Below, piece by piece: positions 22,383 through 33,550 of a stretch of DNA of 56,257 nt; within the stretch, counting starts at the first letter, position 1; each line of letters starts with the position of its first letter. The translations under genes and the position numbers were made by a program. Origin of the DNA: Corallochytrium limacisporum Hawaii (lineage: Eukaryota; Protista; Pluriformea); contig PDIP01000055.1 of the NCBI GenBank assembly GCA_002811645.1, positions 1-56,257 on the forward strand. Direction: 5' to 3'. Below the pieces are notes generated by a model, which was not told the DNA's origin, did no database searches, and was given only the letters and a program-made list of their open reading frames with translations.

Positions 22383-22881
22383 CTTTTGTTTTTTTTTTTT
22401 GGGCCTCTTTCTTTTCTCTTAGTGGCCCCTTCAGTACCAAAAGGTACGTGTGCTACACCCTCCCGGGGCTCTTGTCCTTCGCTTCAACGCTCGTTAGCAA
22501 AAATTTGCCATAGTGACCACAAAAGACCCGCCAAACTGCGATCTAATCCTCATTTTCGTGTTTGCTGCGCGGGGTTGCCTCCCCCCGAACTCTCTTTCTG
22601 CGGTCTTCCCTGCTGGCTGTGTGTGTGGGTTCTGTGGATACTGGGCACGTCCTCTGACTCCCCTGCCCGCCGGGGGGTGGTAATGGAAATTGGAACGTGT
22701 CAATGGGTTGTGCAACACGTTCCTGGTGATTGACTTATAATGGTATTGAAGAACGTGCATTCTTTACAATCAGCACCGGTGTACAGCAGTTCTCAAGCGT
22801 GTGTATTGGTGTTGGAGATTGAGGTCGTCATTTGATAGATACATCCACTGAAGAAATGTGTGGTGGAAACGTAACGTGAAC

Positions 22882-24762
22882 ATGGAAACCATGAAGGCCA
22901 GCGTCCGGCTGCCGGTTCCACCACCGCAACAACGCAGCAGTTCGTCGTCACGAAGAACAACGGTCAGTGCAGGTAGCTCTGGACAAAACTCAAGGAAAGA
23001 TTTCGACAGCACGGACTCGAAGTTCGACGAACAAAATGATGTTATTCGTGAAATTGAGGCAGAATTGTTTGATTGGAACGGGGATGTGCCACCAATTCCG
23101 AATAACAATACATTGCCCCCGTTACACCTAATTGATCTGGTAGAAGGACCGTTTTGGATGGAAATTTTTATAGCTGCGGGTCTCCTCGTGTGTCTGGACG
23201 CACTACTGTACTCTTTCACATTTTTGCCCCTGCGTATTGCTTGGGCAGCCCGGCTGGCCCGGCTGCCTGAAGTGACCAAACTTTCACCGCGGCATAAATT
23301 TGCCCTCTCTCTGGGTTTCATTGTCATCATGGGCTCTATGCTGCTCTATCTGCTGATTGATCTGCGGGAAATCTATACGAAGATCGAGGCTCAAATGAAC
23401 TGGGCCAGGCTGTATTTTGTCTTTAGTGTGTTTGATCTGTTCGATTTTCTTTTAATGAGAGTCGGCAGTCGCGTCATTGGTGCCCTGGTGTGGAGTTGCA
23501 ACCAAGGGACGGACTCTGACATTTCACTAAGTCTCGGAGCATCACTGATCTACGTCGTTGTGCACGGTGCGATTATGGCATTGCACGTCAGCACCCTGCT
23601 TGTCTCCATGTCACAAGGCAGTGAGTTGCTGTCCCTGCTCTCAAACGTGAAGATCTCCGAGTACAAGGGCGGACTTCTGAAGAAGTATACATCATCGGAT
23701 GACCTGTTTGAAGATTGTCTGGACGACGTACTGGCGCGGTTCAAGTGGATCACATCCTTCACAGTGATTATTCTTTCGGGGGTAAGTGATTGGGGTACAA
23801 TTGTGCGAGCCTTTGTGTTGTGCTGGCTGACGGACACATTCCTATGCTTTATCAAGCATTCCTCGCTGCGATTGATTGAACGACCAGAAATGACTGCGAC
23901 GATGGTTGTTGCAGATGACCAGCAATCCTCTTCTTCCTCAACAGCGGTCCAGAGGATGACAGGGAATCGCTCGCCGCAGGCACTGGGCCTTGTGCGTCGA
24001 ACCTCTCTTGAGTCATCACAACTGCCTGAATTGAACGATCGGCCAGGCTTCTCTTCGACAACGCGACGACAGCAGTCTCTGAACCTTGCAACCTGGAAAG
24101 AAAAACCGGCCGTGCACAAAGAACGACTAAGGAGACCCACGTCACCCATGCGGTCGACTGCACCGGACGCATGGAAGTCCATGCCGCTGATGACTCGCGG
24201 CAAGGCCGCAAATAATGATGCGATTGAACTCAGCGGCGAGTCGGATGATCAGGGCGATGGCAGCGGAATGGATGAGGACCGTGAGAACAAGACCAACACT
24301 GACCTCATGAGTGCAGTCAATGATGACAATTCCGACGCAGGTACTGCCGTCGATGCGCCCGCAGAAGGCAATAAGGCCACGTTAGAGATTACAAAGGAAG
24401 TCTATCTCGTGTGTCGCCAGAAACTGCTCTACCAGTACATCCGCGCTCCTTTAATCGGTGTTGGTGACTCACAGATGGAACAGACGACCCGCTTTGATTT
24501 GGTGGTGCTGCCAATCACATGCATGCTGACAATGCTGCTGATGACGCTTTGCATTGTGCACCCTCTGTATGCAGCTTTTGGCATTCCTGTGGGCTGGCTC
24601 CTGCTTTGTCTACTCAAGGTGGGCATCCGTTTGCTCCTTCGCCGCCAAGCGCAGAACCTACACAACGTGCCGCTCACACAGGCATCCGTCTCTCTGCCGG
24701 AGCTTGTCCGCTTGCTAATCTACAAGATTACCAGTCGTAGGCACAAGCCCAAGAAATCGTGA
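22882..24762 (+). CDS. TAPT1: TAPT1/Emp65 (DUF747) family ER membrane protein
   Basis: PFWMEIFIAAGLLVCLDALLYSFTFLPLR matches the TAPT1 N-terminal signature; LYFVFSVFDLFD, VHG and FIKHS also fit. Multiple TM segments with a long low-complexity insert. First ATG is 22882 (the ORF track starts at a GTG). Confidence 0.75.
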   Translation: METMKASVRLPVPPPQQRSSSSSRRTTVSAGSSGQNSRKDFDSTDSKFDEQNDVIREIEAELFDWNGDVPPIPNNNTLPPLHLIDLVEGPFWMEIFIAAGLLVCLDALLYSFTFLPLRIAWAARLARLPEVTKLSPRHKFALSLGFIVIMGSMLLYLLIDLREIYTKIEAQMNWARLYFVFSVFDLFDFLLMRVGSRVIGALVWSCNQGTDSDISLSLGASLIYVVVHGAIMALHVSTLLVSMSQGSELLSLLSNVKISEYKGGLLKKYTSSDDLFEDCLDDVLARFKWITSFTVIILSGVSDWGTIVRAFVLCWLTDTFLCFIKHSSLRLIERPEMTATMVVADDQQSSSSSTAVQRMTGNRSPQALGLVRRTSLESSQLPELNDRPGFSSTTRRQQSLNLATWKEKPAVHKERLRRPTSPMRSTAPDAWKSMPLMTRGKAANNDAIELSGESDDQGDGSGMDEDRENKTNTDLMSAVNDDNSDAGTAVDAPAEGNKATLEITKEVYLVCRQKLLYQYIRAPLIGVGDSQMEQTTRFDLVVLPITCMLTMLLMTLCIVHPLYAAFGIPVGWLLLCLLKVGIRLLLRRQAQNLHNVPLTQASVSLPELVRLLIYKITSRRHKPKKS

Positions 24763-24855
24763 ACAATTATGGTTGAGAACGTATATGTAAACTTAAATTA
24801 TGATACTGCCAATTCTTTAATAATGTTCGTGTCCAGGTGTGCGGCTTCTGGTTCT

Positions 24856-26292
24856 TCAGTCTTCGATGCTGAAAGTCCGACCGTCGCCGTCTTCGAGCAA
24901 AATATCGTCGGTTTCGTAGTCCCCGAAGGATCCGCCTGCAGCACTTCCGCGTTGGTAGGTTGGACCTCCGTTGATGGCACTAAAGTGATCACTGAAACTG
25001 ACGCCTTTTCGACGCAGGTTGTTGGCCTTTGTGCACATGTCGGCCCACATCCCTGACAATTGCTCACGATTCGGGGGCATGAACACTTCCTTGCCGCGTA
25101 TACCCATGACTTGGTGTCGGTAGTACACATGTACACTGACAAGGGTTATGCTTACAATCAGCAGGAAGATGCCCCACGCAAATCCAGACCCCGCGTGTCT
25201 TCTGTGGTCACTCATGTCCCAGTCAAAGTCCGGTTCGTCCTTCTTGTTCTGACCTTCCTCGAAAGAGTCGTGTTCACACTTCTGTGGCGGTGTCAGGTCA
25301 CATTCGTCGTAGATGCGGTCCACGAAGATGGACTGCTGGAAGAATTCGCGTATTTCGTTGTCCGGCAGCTCCCAGATGAATTCATGCCACTTTTCATCGA
25401 ACAAATCGATTTCGTGGGCACAACATCCGTAGTCGTTCAGAGAGTGTACTAACTCCTCGCGACATTCATCTGAACATATGCCGTCCCGCGTGGATGCCTT
25501 GGAGCAAGGATTTATGTATTCCATGTCTTCCTTCTCGTCGCCTTGGTCCTCGATAAGGTTCTGCACAGCAAGATTGGTAAGGAAGTCGGTGGCCACCACT
25601 TCCACGCAGAGACGAGTTCCATCGTCCGGGTGTGTTGTATCAAAGCTTTCCCGCGCACACAAAAGATCCGTCAGGTCGGACATCATGACCCTGAACTTGG
25701 CGGCGCTAATGCCGTTGTCCTTCTTCCTCCCGACCAAGTCCTCTATGTCAAACGCGCAGCCAACGACTACGTCAATGAAATTAATAAGGCACCTGCCGTT
25801 ATTCTCGCACATTTTAACAAAGTCAGCATTGAAAGGATCTAATGCTTTGTCCATTCGATCAATCAGGTCACTGTTTTCAATCTTGTCGACTATGCAGTCC
25901 ATGGGATCTGCTTGCCCCCTGCAGTCGTTCATGGCGTCGTCAAGTGCGTCAGTACCATCAATGTCTCCTAATTTCATCAGTTTCATGGCGGAATCCAGAC
26001 ACTCAGGATGTTCGTTCATGAAGACAGTGAAAGCACCACACCCAAAGTGTGCCCCTGGCAGGATACTCTCTAAACCTTTATCGACCTCTGATCCCTTCAC
26101 CGAGTCAGGAATGTCGGGAATGCCCATCCAGTCACCGACCGGTGTCTGTGCCGTCTTCTCGCGGTTTTCTTCCCCTGTGTTCTTGGCAGGATCCTCATCC
26201 GCACCCAAAGCCGGGAAAGGCATATCCACCGGCAGCTGTGCAGCGGCCATGTGGAATGACCCCAATGCAAGGAGACCCGCTGCGAATTTCAT
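24856..26292 (-). CDS. Type I membrane protein with Cys-rich helical ectodomain and M6PR/ATG27-like TM and cytoplasmic tail
   Basis: Signal peptide; Cys-rich ectodomain (e.g. CSDECREELVHSLNDYGCC); single TM (FAWGIFLLIVSITLVSVHVYY); tail YRHQVMGIRGKEVFMP...DYETDDILL. Confidence 0.8.
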   Translation of the reverse strand: MKFAAGLLALGSFHMAAAQLPVDMPFPALGADEDPAKNTGEENREKTAQTPVGDWMGIPDIPDSVKGSEVDKGLESILPGAHFGCGAFTVFMNEHPECLDSAMKLMKLGDIDGTDALDDAMNDCRGQADPMDCIVDKIENSDLIDRMDKALDPFNADFVKMCENNGRCLINFIDVVVGCAFDIEDLVGRKKDNGISAAKFRVMMSDLTDLLCARESFDTTHPDDGTRLCVEVVATDFLTNLAVQNLIEDQGDEKEDMEYINPCSKASTRDGICSDECREELVHSLNDYGCCAHEIDLFDEKWHEFIWELPDNEIREFFQQSIFVDRIYDECDLTPPQKCEHDSFEEGQNKKDEPDFDWDMSDHRRHAGSGFAWGIFLLIVSITLVSVHVYYRHQVMGIRGKEVFMPPNREQLSGMWADMCTKANNLRRKGVSFSDHFSAINGGPTYQRGSAAGGSFGDYETDDILLEDGDGRTFSIED

Positions 26293-27033
26293 GGTTGGAT
26301 TTCTCCACCCTATGACCTACCATACCCACGGTTTATGTTCTACGTATGACAAATTGTTTCCAGACCCATGCAGATATCCTTGAATAGGTTTCAAAAATCA
26401 GCGAGGTTAGTAGACCTTGTTGAAGGGAAGTATCTAAGAAAAAACATTACAGTCACGAACACGGACGGACAGATCAAGACTTTTAACCGGCCGAGCCCGG
26501 GGCCGTTCAGTCATCCGACTGCAGTGACACACCCCCAGGGGCTCCTCCCCATCTCCCCGCCCCCAACATTTTCAACCAGCGTCGGAATGCGGGCACTGTT
26601 TGCCGGCGGCGGACTCACACACAGTCGCGATTCTTAGAGAATCACTGAAAAAAAAAAAATGAGACTGGCGGAGGGAGTACGTGGTACTGCGGTGGGGGTT
26701 GCCCACCTTGGCGCGGCCCCCCTTTTTTTTTTTCACCGGAAGGGTGGAACACCGCACGAGTTCCATACACAAAAGGAAGGGAACTTGAAGGGGCCGCGCG
26801 GGGCATGTTGGTTACCCGGCGATATACGCGACACATAGCGCAAAGACGAGGTTAGAAGGAAAGGGGGGCACTGCAGCGGATCACAGAATGCCATACATTT
26901 ACTATGAAAATTGGCACTACGAAATTTGCAAAAGCGGTTCTCTGACAACACGATTTCTTTATGATACTCTCCCACTGAACGGGTACCTCGTTCTACTGTG
27001 CTACACATACAGATCTGAAGCGAATCCTACGGG

Positions 27034-27762
27034 CTAAGTCAACCGAGCTTCTGAGTCCTGCCACGCGCGGACGGCCGATCCCACCGCACAGTTCTGCATT
27101 TGTGTCTCGGTAGCAAAGACGATCTGGGGCATGTAAACATGTCTCCATGTGTTGGTCTCATTCGATAGTCCTCGGTGCAGAACGTTATTGGCCATAACTA
27201 CACAGCTTCCCGCGTCTGCGAATACAAGCTCGTCATCCTCTGTGGCGTCATCCGCACTGGCCGTGTCCACATCCTGACTTCGTTCCGCTGGTAAGGGTCG
27301 GAGTTCTATGGTGCCATTCTCAGGACTCACTTCTTGAAGCGGCGTCCAAATGGCAAAGCCTGGAATGGACCGCTGGTGGGCCTCGGGAAGATAGGCACGG
27401 TCACGGTGCCACACAAACTGGGTTCCGGACCCAAAGCCTGGTGGCTTGCTTATGAACTGATCATTCAGCAGCCACGGCTGTATGGCAAGGTCGCCACTGT
27501 CTTCACCAAGCAGCAGGGGTCTAACGATCTCGATGCACTTGTCAATGTGAGCAACAAAGTCTGCAATCACTTCGTCCCGTAGCACATCACCTGCATCCTG
27601 AACACACCCGTGTCGCTGTACCAATTGCACGGGCGAGTGGCGACAACTCAATTGTTGTGCACACTGCAACAAATAATCGATTTCATCGATGCCTACCACA
27701 GGTCGCCGTACGATCACATAGCCCTTATCCTGGAACACGTTCGCCTGATGGTGGGTCAACAT
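27034..27762 (-). CDS. PhyH-family Fe(II)/2-oxoglutarate dioxygenase
   Basis: FQDKGYVIVR start, KPPG, WHRD (HxD), IWTPL...ENGTI, AGS...LHRGLSN..R (distal His and 2OG-binding Arg). Confidence 0.85.
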   Translation of the reverse strand: MLTHHQANVFQDKGYVIVRRPVVGIDEIDYLLQCAQQLSCRHSPVQLVQRHGCVQDAGDVLRDEVIADFVAHIDKCIEIVRPLLLGEDSGDLAIQPWLLNDQFISKPPGFGSGTQFVWHRDRAYLPEAHQRSIPGFAIWTPLQEVSPENGTIELRPLPAERSQDVDTASADDATEDDELVFADAGSCVVMANNVLHRGLSNETNTWRHVYMPQIVFATETQMQNCAVGSAVRAWQDSEARLT

Positions 27763-28426
27763 CTGTTGTTCCCTGTGACTCCGAGCCCACGTCTCACACA
27801 GTTAACGCCATGTCCTCGAAAAGCCAGTGACAGACCGAATTTACGACGGTAGATTCAATTGACAGGACAACGCTGTCAACAAAGTACCTTCAAAACTCTG
27901 CCAACCAATCTCACATCGCAGGACCTTCCTTTGGAGGGGATGGCCGCTCGAAGCGAGAAACAAAGCCCTTTCGTTTTGGTCCCGCTCTACTCAGCCGGGC
28001 GGGGGAGGGAGGGCGACGACACAGTGGCTGAATAGCGCAGCAGCTGCCAATGCTGCGCATCTGTTCTCGCCCCGCCCGGCGAAGACGAGGCAAAAAAATT
28101 AAGAGTCCAACCAATTTTGATCATATGCCTAAGTCTAATGTTCGCCCGCCCAAATTTACCAGCACTCGTCCCGGGCGGACGTGCCGGGCGGAGGATTTTG
28201 CGTACAAGGGAAGCGCGAATGCAGAACAATCACCGCAACCCGGGTGGCGTCGTTTGCAACGAGAACCAGAGGACCCGGGGTGGTATTTGGAATGTGGTCT
28301 TTGCGAATGGTAGTGTTGTGTTGAAGAGTTTGCTGTACACCACGAGGCTTCAAGACAGGACTGTGAATTGGATTGGATAATCTGTCATGTTGTGGCAAGA
28401 GCACGGATAGAACACGCAGCGTCCGA

Positions 28427-29119
28427 ATGTTTAGACTGTACGCGGCCTCTGCTGGGAAAACACCCGTTCGCGGTGTACTCTTGTGCCGGCACTACAGCCG
28501 TACAAGGAGTCAGCATCATACAAAGGCCACTAAACGATTCGGGGATACACTGTATAACGTTCTGGAGATTTCAGACAATGCTACCATGGGCCAGGTGAAG
28601 GCAGCATACTATGACCTGTCTAAGAGATTCCATCCGGACCGTACAGGCAACGATCCTGAATCAGAGTCTTCAGAACGATTCACTGCTGTCAGTGATGCCT
28701 ACCAAGTGTTATCAGACAAGAACAAACGTCGCATGTATGACCGAGAGCTGGCCATTTCCCGCGGGAAGGTCAGTCACGAGCACCGCCGACGGCCATCGCA
28801 CTTTGATCCGCGGCGGCCACAGGATTTCCACCCGGGCCATGCCAGAAGGTATAATTTTGATTTTGGGGCTCACTACGAAGGTCACTACGGCGAAGAGGAA
28901 CGCATGAAGGCCAAGCACCGGCGAGCAACCGAGAAGCATCGTGCAGCAGAGGAGAAGTTGGCCCGTCAGCAGGAGGGTGTAACGGAGAGCCGATTGACTG
29001 TGACCCTTCTTGCCCTGGCATTTATTGGCTTGAGCATGGGCATCGCGCAGGACAACAGCCACAAAGCACTCGTAAAGAAGTACAACAAGATGTCTGGTCG
29101 GCAAATTGCGGAAGATTGA
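28427..29119 (+). CDS. Mitochondrial DnaJ (type III, DNAJC30-like) co-chaperone
   Basis: Arg-rich presequence (MFRLYAAS...); J-domain TLYNVLEI...KAAYYDLSKRFHPD...AYQVLSD..KRRMYD; FDFGAHYEGHYGE motif; C-terminal TM. Confidence 0.85.
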   Translation: MFRLYAASAGKTPVRGVLLCRHYSRTRSQHHTKATKRFGDTLYNVLEISDNATMGQVKAAYYDLSKRFHPDRTGNDPESESSERFTAVSDAYQVLSDKNKRRMYDRELAISRGKVSHEHRRRPSHFDPRRPQDFHPGHARRYNFDFGAHYEGHYGEEERMKAKHRRATEKHRAAEEKLARQQEGVTESRLTVTLLALAFIGLSMGIAQDNSHKALVKKYNKMSGRQIAED

Positions 29120-30214
29120 ATGTACGACCTTCTCAAAACCATCAATAGATCATCCATATGTGTAGCATAAGAAGCAACCCGTTTTCCTCCCAGTTGACAC
29201 GGACGTGCCGAGCACGAACGAACTCTAAACCACAACTTGATTGGGGGCCTATTTTATGCGCTGCGGGATCTCCATTTATGAATCCTCATTGCTCCCTCCC
29301 CTGCTGGATTTTTGCTTTTTGTTTTCCGCGCCAAAAAGCGCCAGCTGGGCCCCGTGTCCTCCAAGCAGTACATTCAGTACCGGTTCACCCGCTTGCCGTC
29401 GAGCGAGGGTGACCGAGCCAGGGCTGCTCAGCAACCAATCAGAAGCCTCATTCACTTGAACGCTCCCCCCCTTCCCCCGGAGCGCCCCTTCCCATTTTGC
29501 TATACTTTCTCTATGGCCTCTCGCTCGAGGTTTCCGGCCTCAAACGCGACACAAGACAACAACAAAGGAGCGACACTCCAGCACTTACCGAACCAAGCGC
29601 AGCGAAGCCCTCCGTACATTCAGTATTCGAAAATGCGCCCACTGCTGGCTACCAGCTCGCAGTCTGGCCCAAGACCCGGAACAAACACCTTCGCCTGGCT
29701 TTTTTCCCGCCCGAAGCGCCCCGGGTTCACAGCCTGGAGGAGCCAAGCAGCAGTCGCCGTCCAGACGCACTGGTGGTCATATCTTTCCGGCAAGTCGCAG
29801 GCTGGTTGCTCTCGCGGTACTCGTGTCTGACGCGTTGAGAGGATTGTGGACTACGGCTTGGCTGTCTTGGATTGGAAACATTTTAACTTATCATTCTTGT
29901 TGCTGGTCTTTCGGTCCTTGACAGGTCCTGTCAATCTTCGGCTATTTTAGTAAACGGTGGTGTCGATCAATAATTCACAATACAGATATTGCAACAGCAC
30001 GCCCTGACCTTAGACTTCTTTGGAAGAACCTGTACGAAGACTCTGTGGTAGAAACGGGTCTGGAAAGGTACGTCAATAGGACAGGACAGCGAGGTGTTGT
30101 TGCTGGGCTGCTATTAGGGAACGAAGGGTGATCATTGAACCTTAGCTGACCTTACCAACGTTTGTAATTTGTATAGTAATTGTGGGAGAGTCCGTACCTG
30201 GGAGACGCAATATC

Positions 30215-30892
30215 ATGTCTGGAGACGGGAATGAAAAGGCCCCTAAAGAGGGTGGAGAGGAAAATCAGCAGCAGAGCGGAGGATCGTCGGCTGCTGCCGC
30301 AGGTCTCAACCAGGCTCGCAAGAACAGTGTTGTAGTTAAAGTAGGCATGGTTGGTGATTCCCAGATTGGTAAGACATCACTAATGGTTAAGTACGTCGAG
30401 GGTACGTTTGACGAGGACTACATTCAGACGCTGGGCGTCAACTTTATGGAGAAGACCATTTGCATTCGGAATACGGAAATTACCTTTAGCATTTGGGATC
30501 TGGGTGGTCAGCGCGAGTTTATCAACATGTTGCCCCTGGTGTGCAATGACGCTGTTGCCATCCTCTTCATGTTTGACTTGAACCGCAAGTCAACACTCAA
30601 CAGTGTCAAGGAGTGGTATCGTCAGGCACGAGGCTTCAACAAGCACGCGTTGAGTTTCCTGGTGGGCACCAAATATGATCTGTTTGCCGCCATGCCCCAG
30701 GAGGAGCAAGAGGAGATTACCAAGCAGGCCCGGAAGTTTGCCAAGGCCATGAAGGCCCCCCTCATCTTCTGCTCCACTTCAGCATCCATCAATGTCCAGA
30801 AGATTTTCAAGATCATCTTGTCCAAGGTGTTCAACCTGAAGTGTACCATTCCGCCGATTACGCACGTGGGTGAGCCTATTCTCGAGTATTAA
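30215..30892 (+). CDS. SPG1: Spg1/Tem1 small GTPase (septation initiation/mitotic exit network)
   Basis: NSVVVKVGMVGDSQIGKTSLMVKYVEG, DEDYIQTLGVNFMEK, WDLGGQREFINMLPLVCNDA, VGTKYD and a GEPILEY end are all diagnostic of Spg1/Tem1. Confidence 0.95.
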   Translation: MSGDGNEKAPKEGGEENQQQSGGSSAAAAGLNQARKNSVVVKVGMVGDSQIGKTSLMVKYVEGTFDEDYIQTLGVNFMEKTICIRNTEITFSIWDLGGQREFINMLPLVCNDAVAILFMFDLNRKSTLNSVKEWYRQARGFNKHALSFLVGTKYDLFAAMPQEEQEEITKQARKFAKAMKAPLIFCSTSASINVQKIFKIILSKVFNLKCTIPPITHVGEPILEY

Positions 30893-31409
30893 ATGGGCCA
30901 ACCGTACTAAGGATATTGTGTCTAGAAGCACCCTTATCGTGGTCTTGGAACGCTCCGAGACAATTCCCCATTAAAGGCCAACTTCTTTTATCATGTTCCA
31001 TTTTCCCCACCTCTGTGTGTCTCTTTACATGTGACGATCACTATTGCTACATTTTGTATTTGGCTTTTCTGATGTTTAGCTTACAGACGACGGTATTTCC
31101 GATGTTTGATCATGTTGGGACGGAGGTTGGCTCTGTTTTGGTCGTGGCCCAGATATGATGACATCCAGCTTAAGCACTGCAGAATTCAAGGAAAAACGTC
31201 CCGGTCCCGTCAAGAACTGCATGTCGACTCTGTCTCTTTTTCTTTGTGTGTCTGTCTCTCTTCCAACCCATAGCAAAGTCGTCCGTGTTACTTGCCCCAA
31301 ATGAGACAGTGAGGCAGCCCGACAATAAAAATGCGTGCCATGGCCTAAGTACATCATCGCAACCCGTTCATCTCTCTATGTTTTTTAGCAGCTGCAGTCT
31401 GCAGCGTGC

Positions 31410-32501
31410 TCACTGAGTAGGCTTGCGGGCAATGAAGAAGTAGCAAGGAGTGAAGATATCGAGCTTTCCTGACTCGACCAGGGCATCGGCAGCCTTGTTG
31501 AGCATGGTGCTGACCTCGCTGCTTCCCTTCGGAGCGAGCTTAATAGCCTCCAGAGTGCGCACAAACACGTCCGTCATGGCACGGCCAGCAGGAGAGCGAC
31601 GGATGCCCTGCATGGACTTGTAGTTGGCATCCAGAGAGTTCCACCAGGTGATGGTTCCCTTGCCACCGAAGCGGTCCTCAGCGCACATGTCGAAGGCTTC
31701 CACCAATTCGAAGCCGGCGTCCCGGAGATGCTTGTCAATGTCCGTAGTGTGGCACATGGGGGGGAGAGCGTTGCCCTTCTCAATGCCAAACTTGACCTCA
31801 CGGTGATGCGCGTTGGTTTCATCGTACTTGTCGGTCATGGCCCATTCATATCCAGCGAAGCAGGAACCGGGCTTCAGGACGCGCAGGATCTCAGCAAAGG
31901 TCTTAGTGCGGTTATTGGAGTGGCAGGTAGCCTCAATCTGGTAAGCGGCATCAAAGGTGTTAGCCTCGAAAGGAATGTTGTTAAAGTCACCCTTAATCAT
32001 GCGGGCGTGCTCGGACTGGAAGTTGGCAGCAATCAACTCGTTACCACGCTTGACCTGGTAGTCGTTGTTGTTCAGACCAAAGATGTTGGATCCGGCGAAA
32101 TTCTGAATGTTGCGAAGGGGACCACCTACACCGGCACCGCAGTCAATAACGACCTGACCCTTCTCGAGGTTCAGACGGTGGGCCAAGTAGTACTCATGGC
32201 GCAAAAGAGACTCGGCAAAGGTCTCGCGTGCCAGACGCGGAGCAAAATGGAAAGATTCACCCCAACCGTATTCGTAGAAGTCAGTGACCACGTCGTAGAA
32301 CTGGTTGACCATTTCCCGGGAGTCCTGCTTTTCCTCCTCGCCCTTGATGAAGTAGGAATTATAATCACCGATTGTGGAGTTGACCTTTTCTTTGGGCAGG
32401 GATTTGGACAGGAGCTGATGGACCTCAGGGGCCTTGGGTTTGATGGCCGGCTCTGGAAGCGGCTCCTGAGCAGTTGCGATGGCGGTAGGCTGAGGTGACA
32501 T
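31410..32501 (-). CDS. SMT1: Sterol C24-methyltransferase (Erg6/SMT1)
   Basis: FYEYGWGESFHFA, SAM motif DCGAGVGGP, GLNNNDYQ, YQIEATCH, YEW. Confidence 0.95.
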   Translation of the reverse strand: MSPQPTAIATAQEPLPEPAIKPKAPEVHQLLSKSLPKEKVNSTIGDYNSYFIKGEEEKQDSREMVNQFYDVVTDFYEYGWGESFHFAPRLARETFAESLLRHEYYLAHRLNLEKGQVVIDCGAGVGGPLRNIQNFAGSNIFGLNNNDYQVKRGNELIAANFQSEHARMIKGDFNNIPFEANTFDAAYQIEATCHSNNRTKTFAEILRVLKPGSCFAGYEWAMTDKYDETNAHHREVKFGIEKGNALPPMCHTTDIDKHLRDAGFELVEAFDMCAEDRFGGKGTITWWNSLDANYKSMQGIRRSPAGRAMTDVFVRTLEAIKLAPKGSSEVSTMLNKAADALVESGKLDIFTPCYFFIARKPTQ

Positions 32502-33393
32502 GTTAATTGCTAATAAAAAGCTATGGGGGAAGTAGTAAAACAGACCGAAATAAGACTAATGCTATTAGTCTATCTTACTTCTGGGCGTAAGTAAGTGTTA
32601 TTATTGTCTTCGATTCATTGGTCTAGTTTGAAGATCACAAATGCCAAGTACCTGTCACACGTGTTGACTACTTATGACACCGGTCTCGTTCAGAAAACCC
32701 GGGGCGCCCTGGTATCCGTAGGTGGCCAATGCACAGCAACTAAGCAAATTTCTTTTCAACTCTGATGTGCTTTTTTGCTTTGTGGCACTTGGGTATGTGT
32801 GGTTCTATCTCCTATCGCCTACGCCGAACCCTCCCCTCACCACCACCCAAAGCTACGATATGAAACGCACTCTCTGGCCCCGAAGCACATTGCCGACACA
32901 CCAGCCCACCCCACCAAAGAGCCACTCACGATCGAGCACACCAGCGCGATCCTTACACCGGTCACATTTTACCACTGAGAAATTGCTTTCCTTCCCTCCT
33001 GGCTTTTTTGGCCAGTTTGGGGGGTTTGGGTGTTGGGGGGTTGGGGGGGGAGGTGGTTGGTGGTGCTCCTGTTGGATCGTAGATCACAACAACAAAGACG
33101 AAAAATGGTAAAGTAGACAAAGTGAAGAATACGGGCAAAAAAGGTGGAGGAAGAACACAGAGGGCAACCCTGTGAGAGAGAGCGGGAGAGGAGACCAAGA
33201 GCAAACAGAACAGCAGGCAGCAGTGGTCGATAGAACACACAGAAAGGCCGGATAACAAGAGCACAAAATGCACGCTCGGAGGCGACACGACACACACGCG
33301 TAGCGGGAGAGGATGAAAAAGACATGGAGAAATGCGGGCCAGTGTGTGAGTAGTTTTTGGAAAGGGAGAGAGGCGAAGGGGGTGGGGGGAAGC

Positions 33394-33550
33394 GAGAGAG
33401 AGAGAGAGAGAGAGAGAGGGGGCGGGAGGGAGGAGTTTTGAAACAAAAACTTGGGATCGGCGGTTTTTTCCGCTTGGGTTCAAAAAAGCTTGAAAAAAAC
33501 TTTCGCTGGGCTCTGTTTCTCTCTTTTCTCGCTCTCTCTCTCTCTCTCTC
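33394..33550. repeat. (GA)12 and (CT)9 microsatellites in the long intergenic region
   Basis: GA tract at 33394-33417 and CT tract at 33532-33550. Confidence 0.85.

Noticed and set aside
25478-26383. 301-aa plus-strand ORF
   Set aside because: Antisense shadow of the type I membrane protein; no independent motifs.
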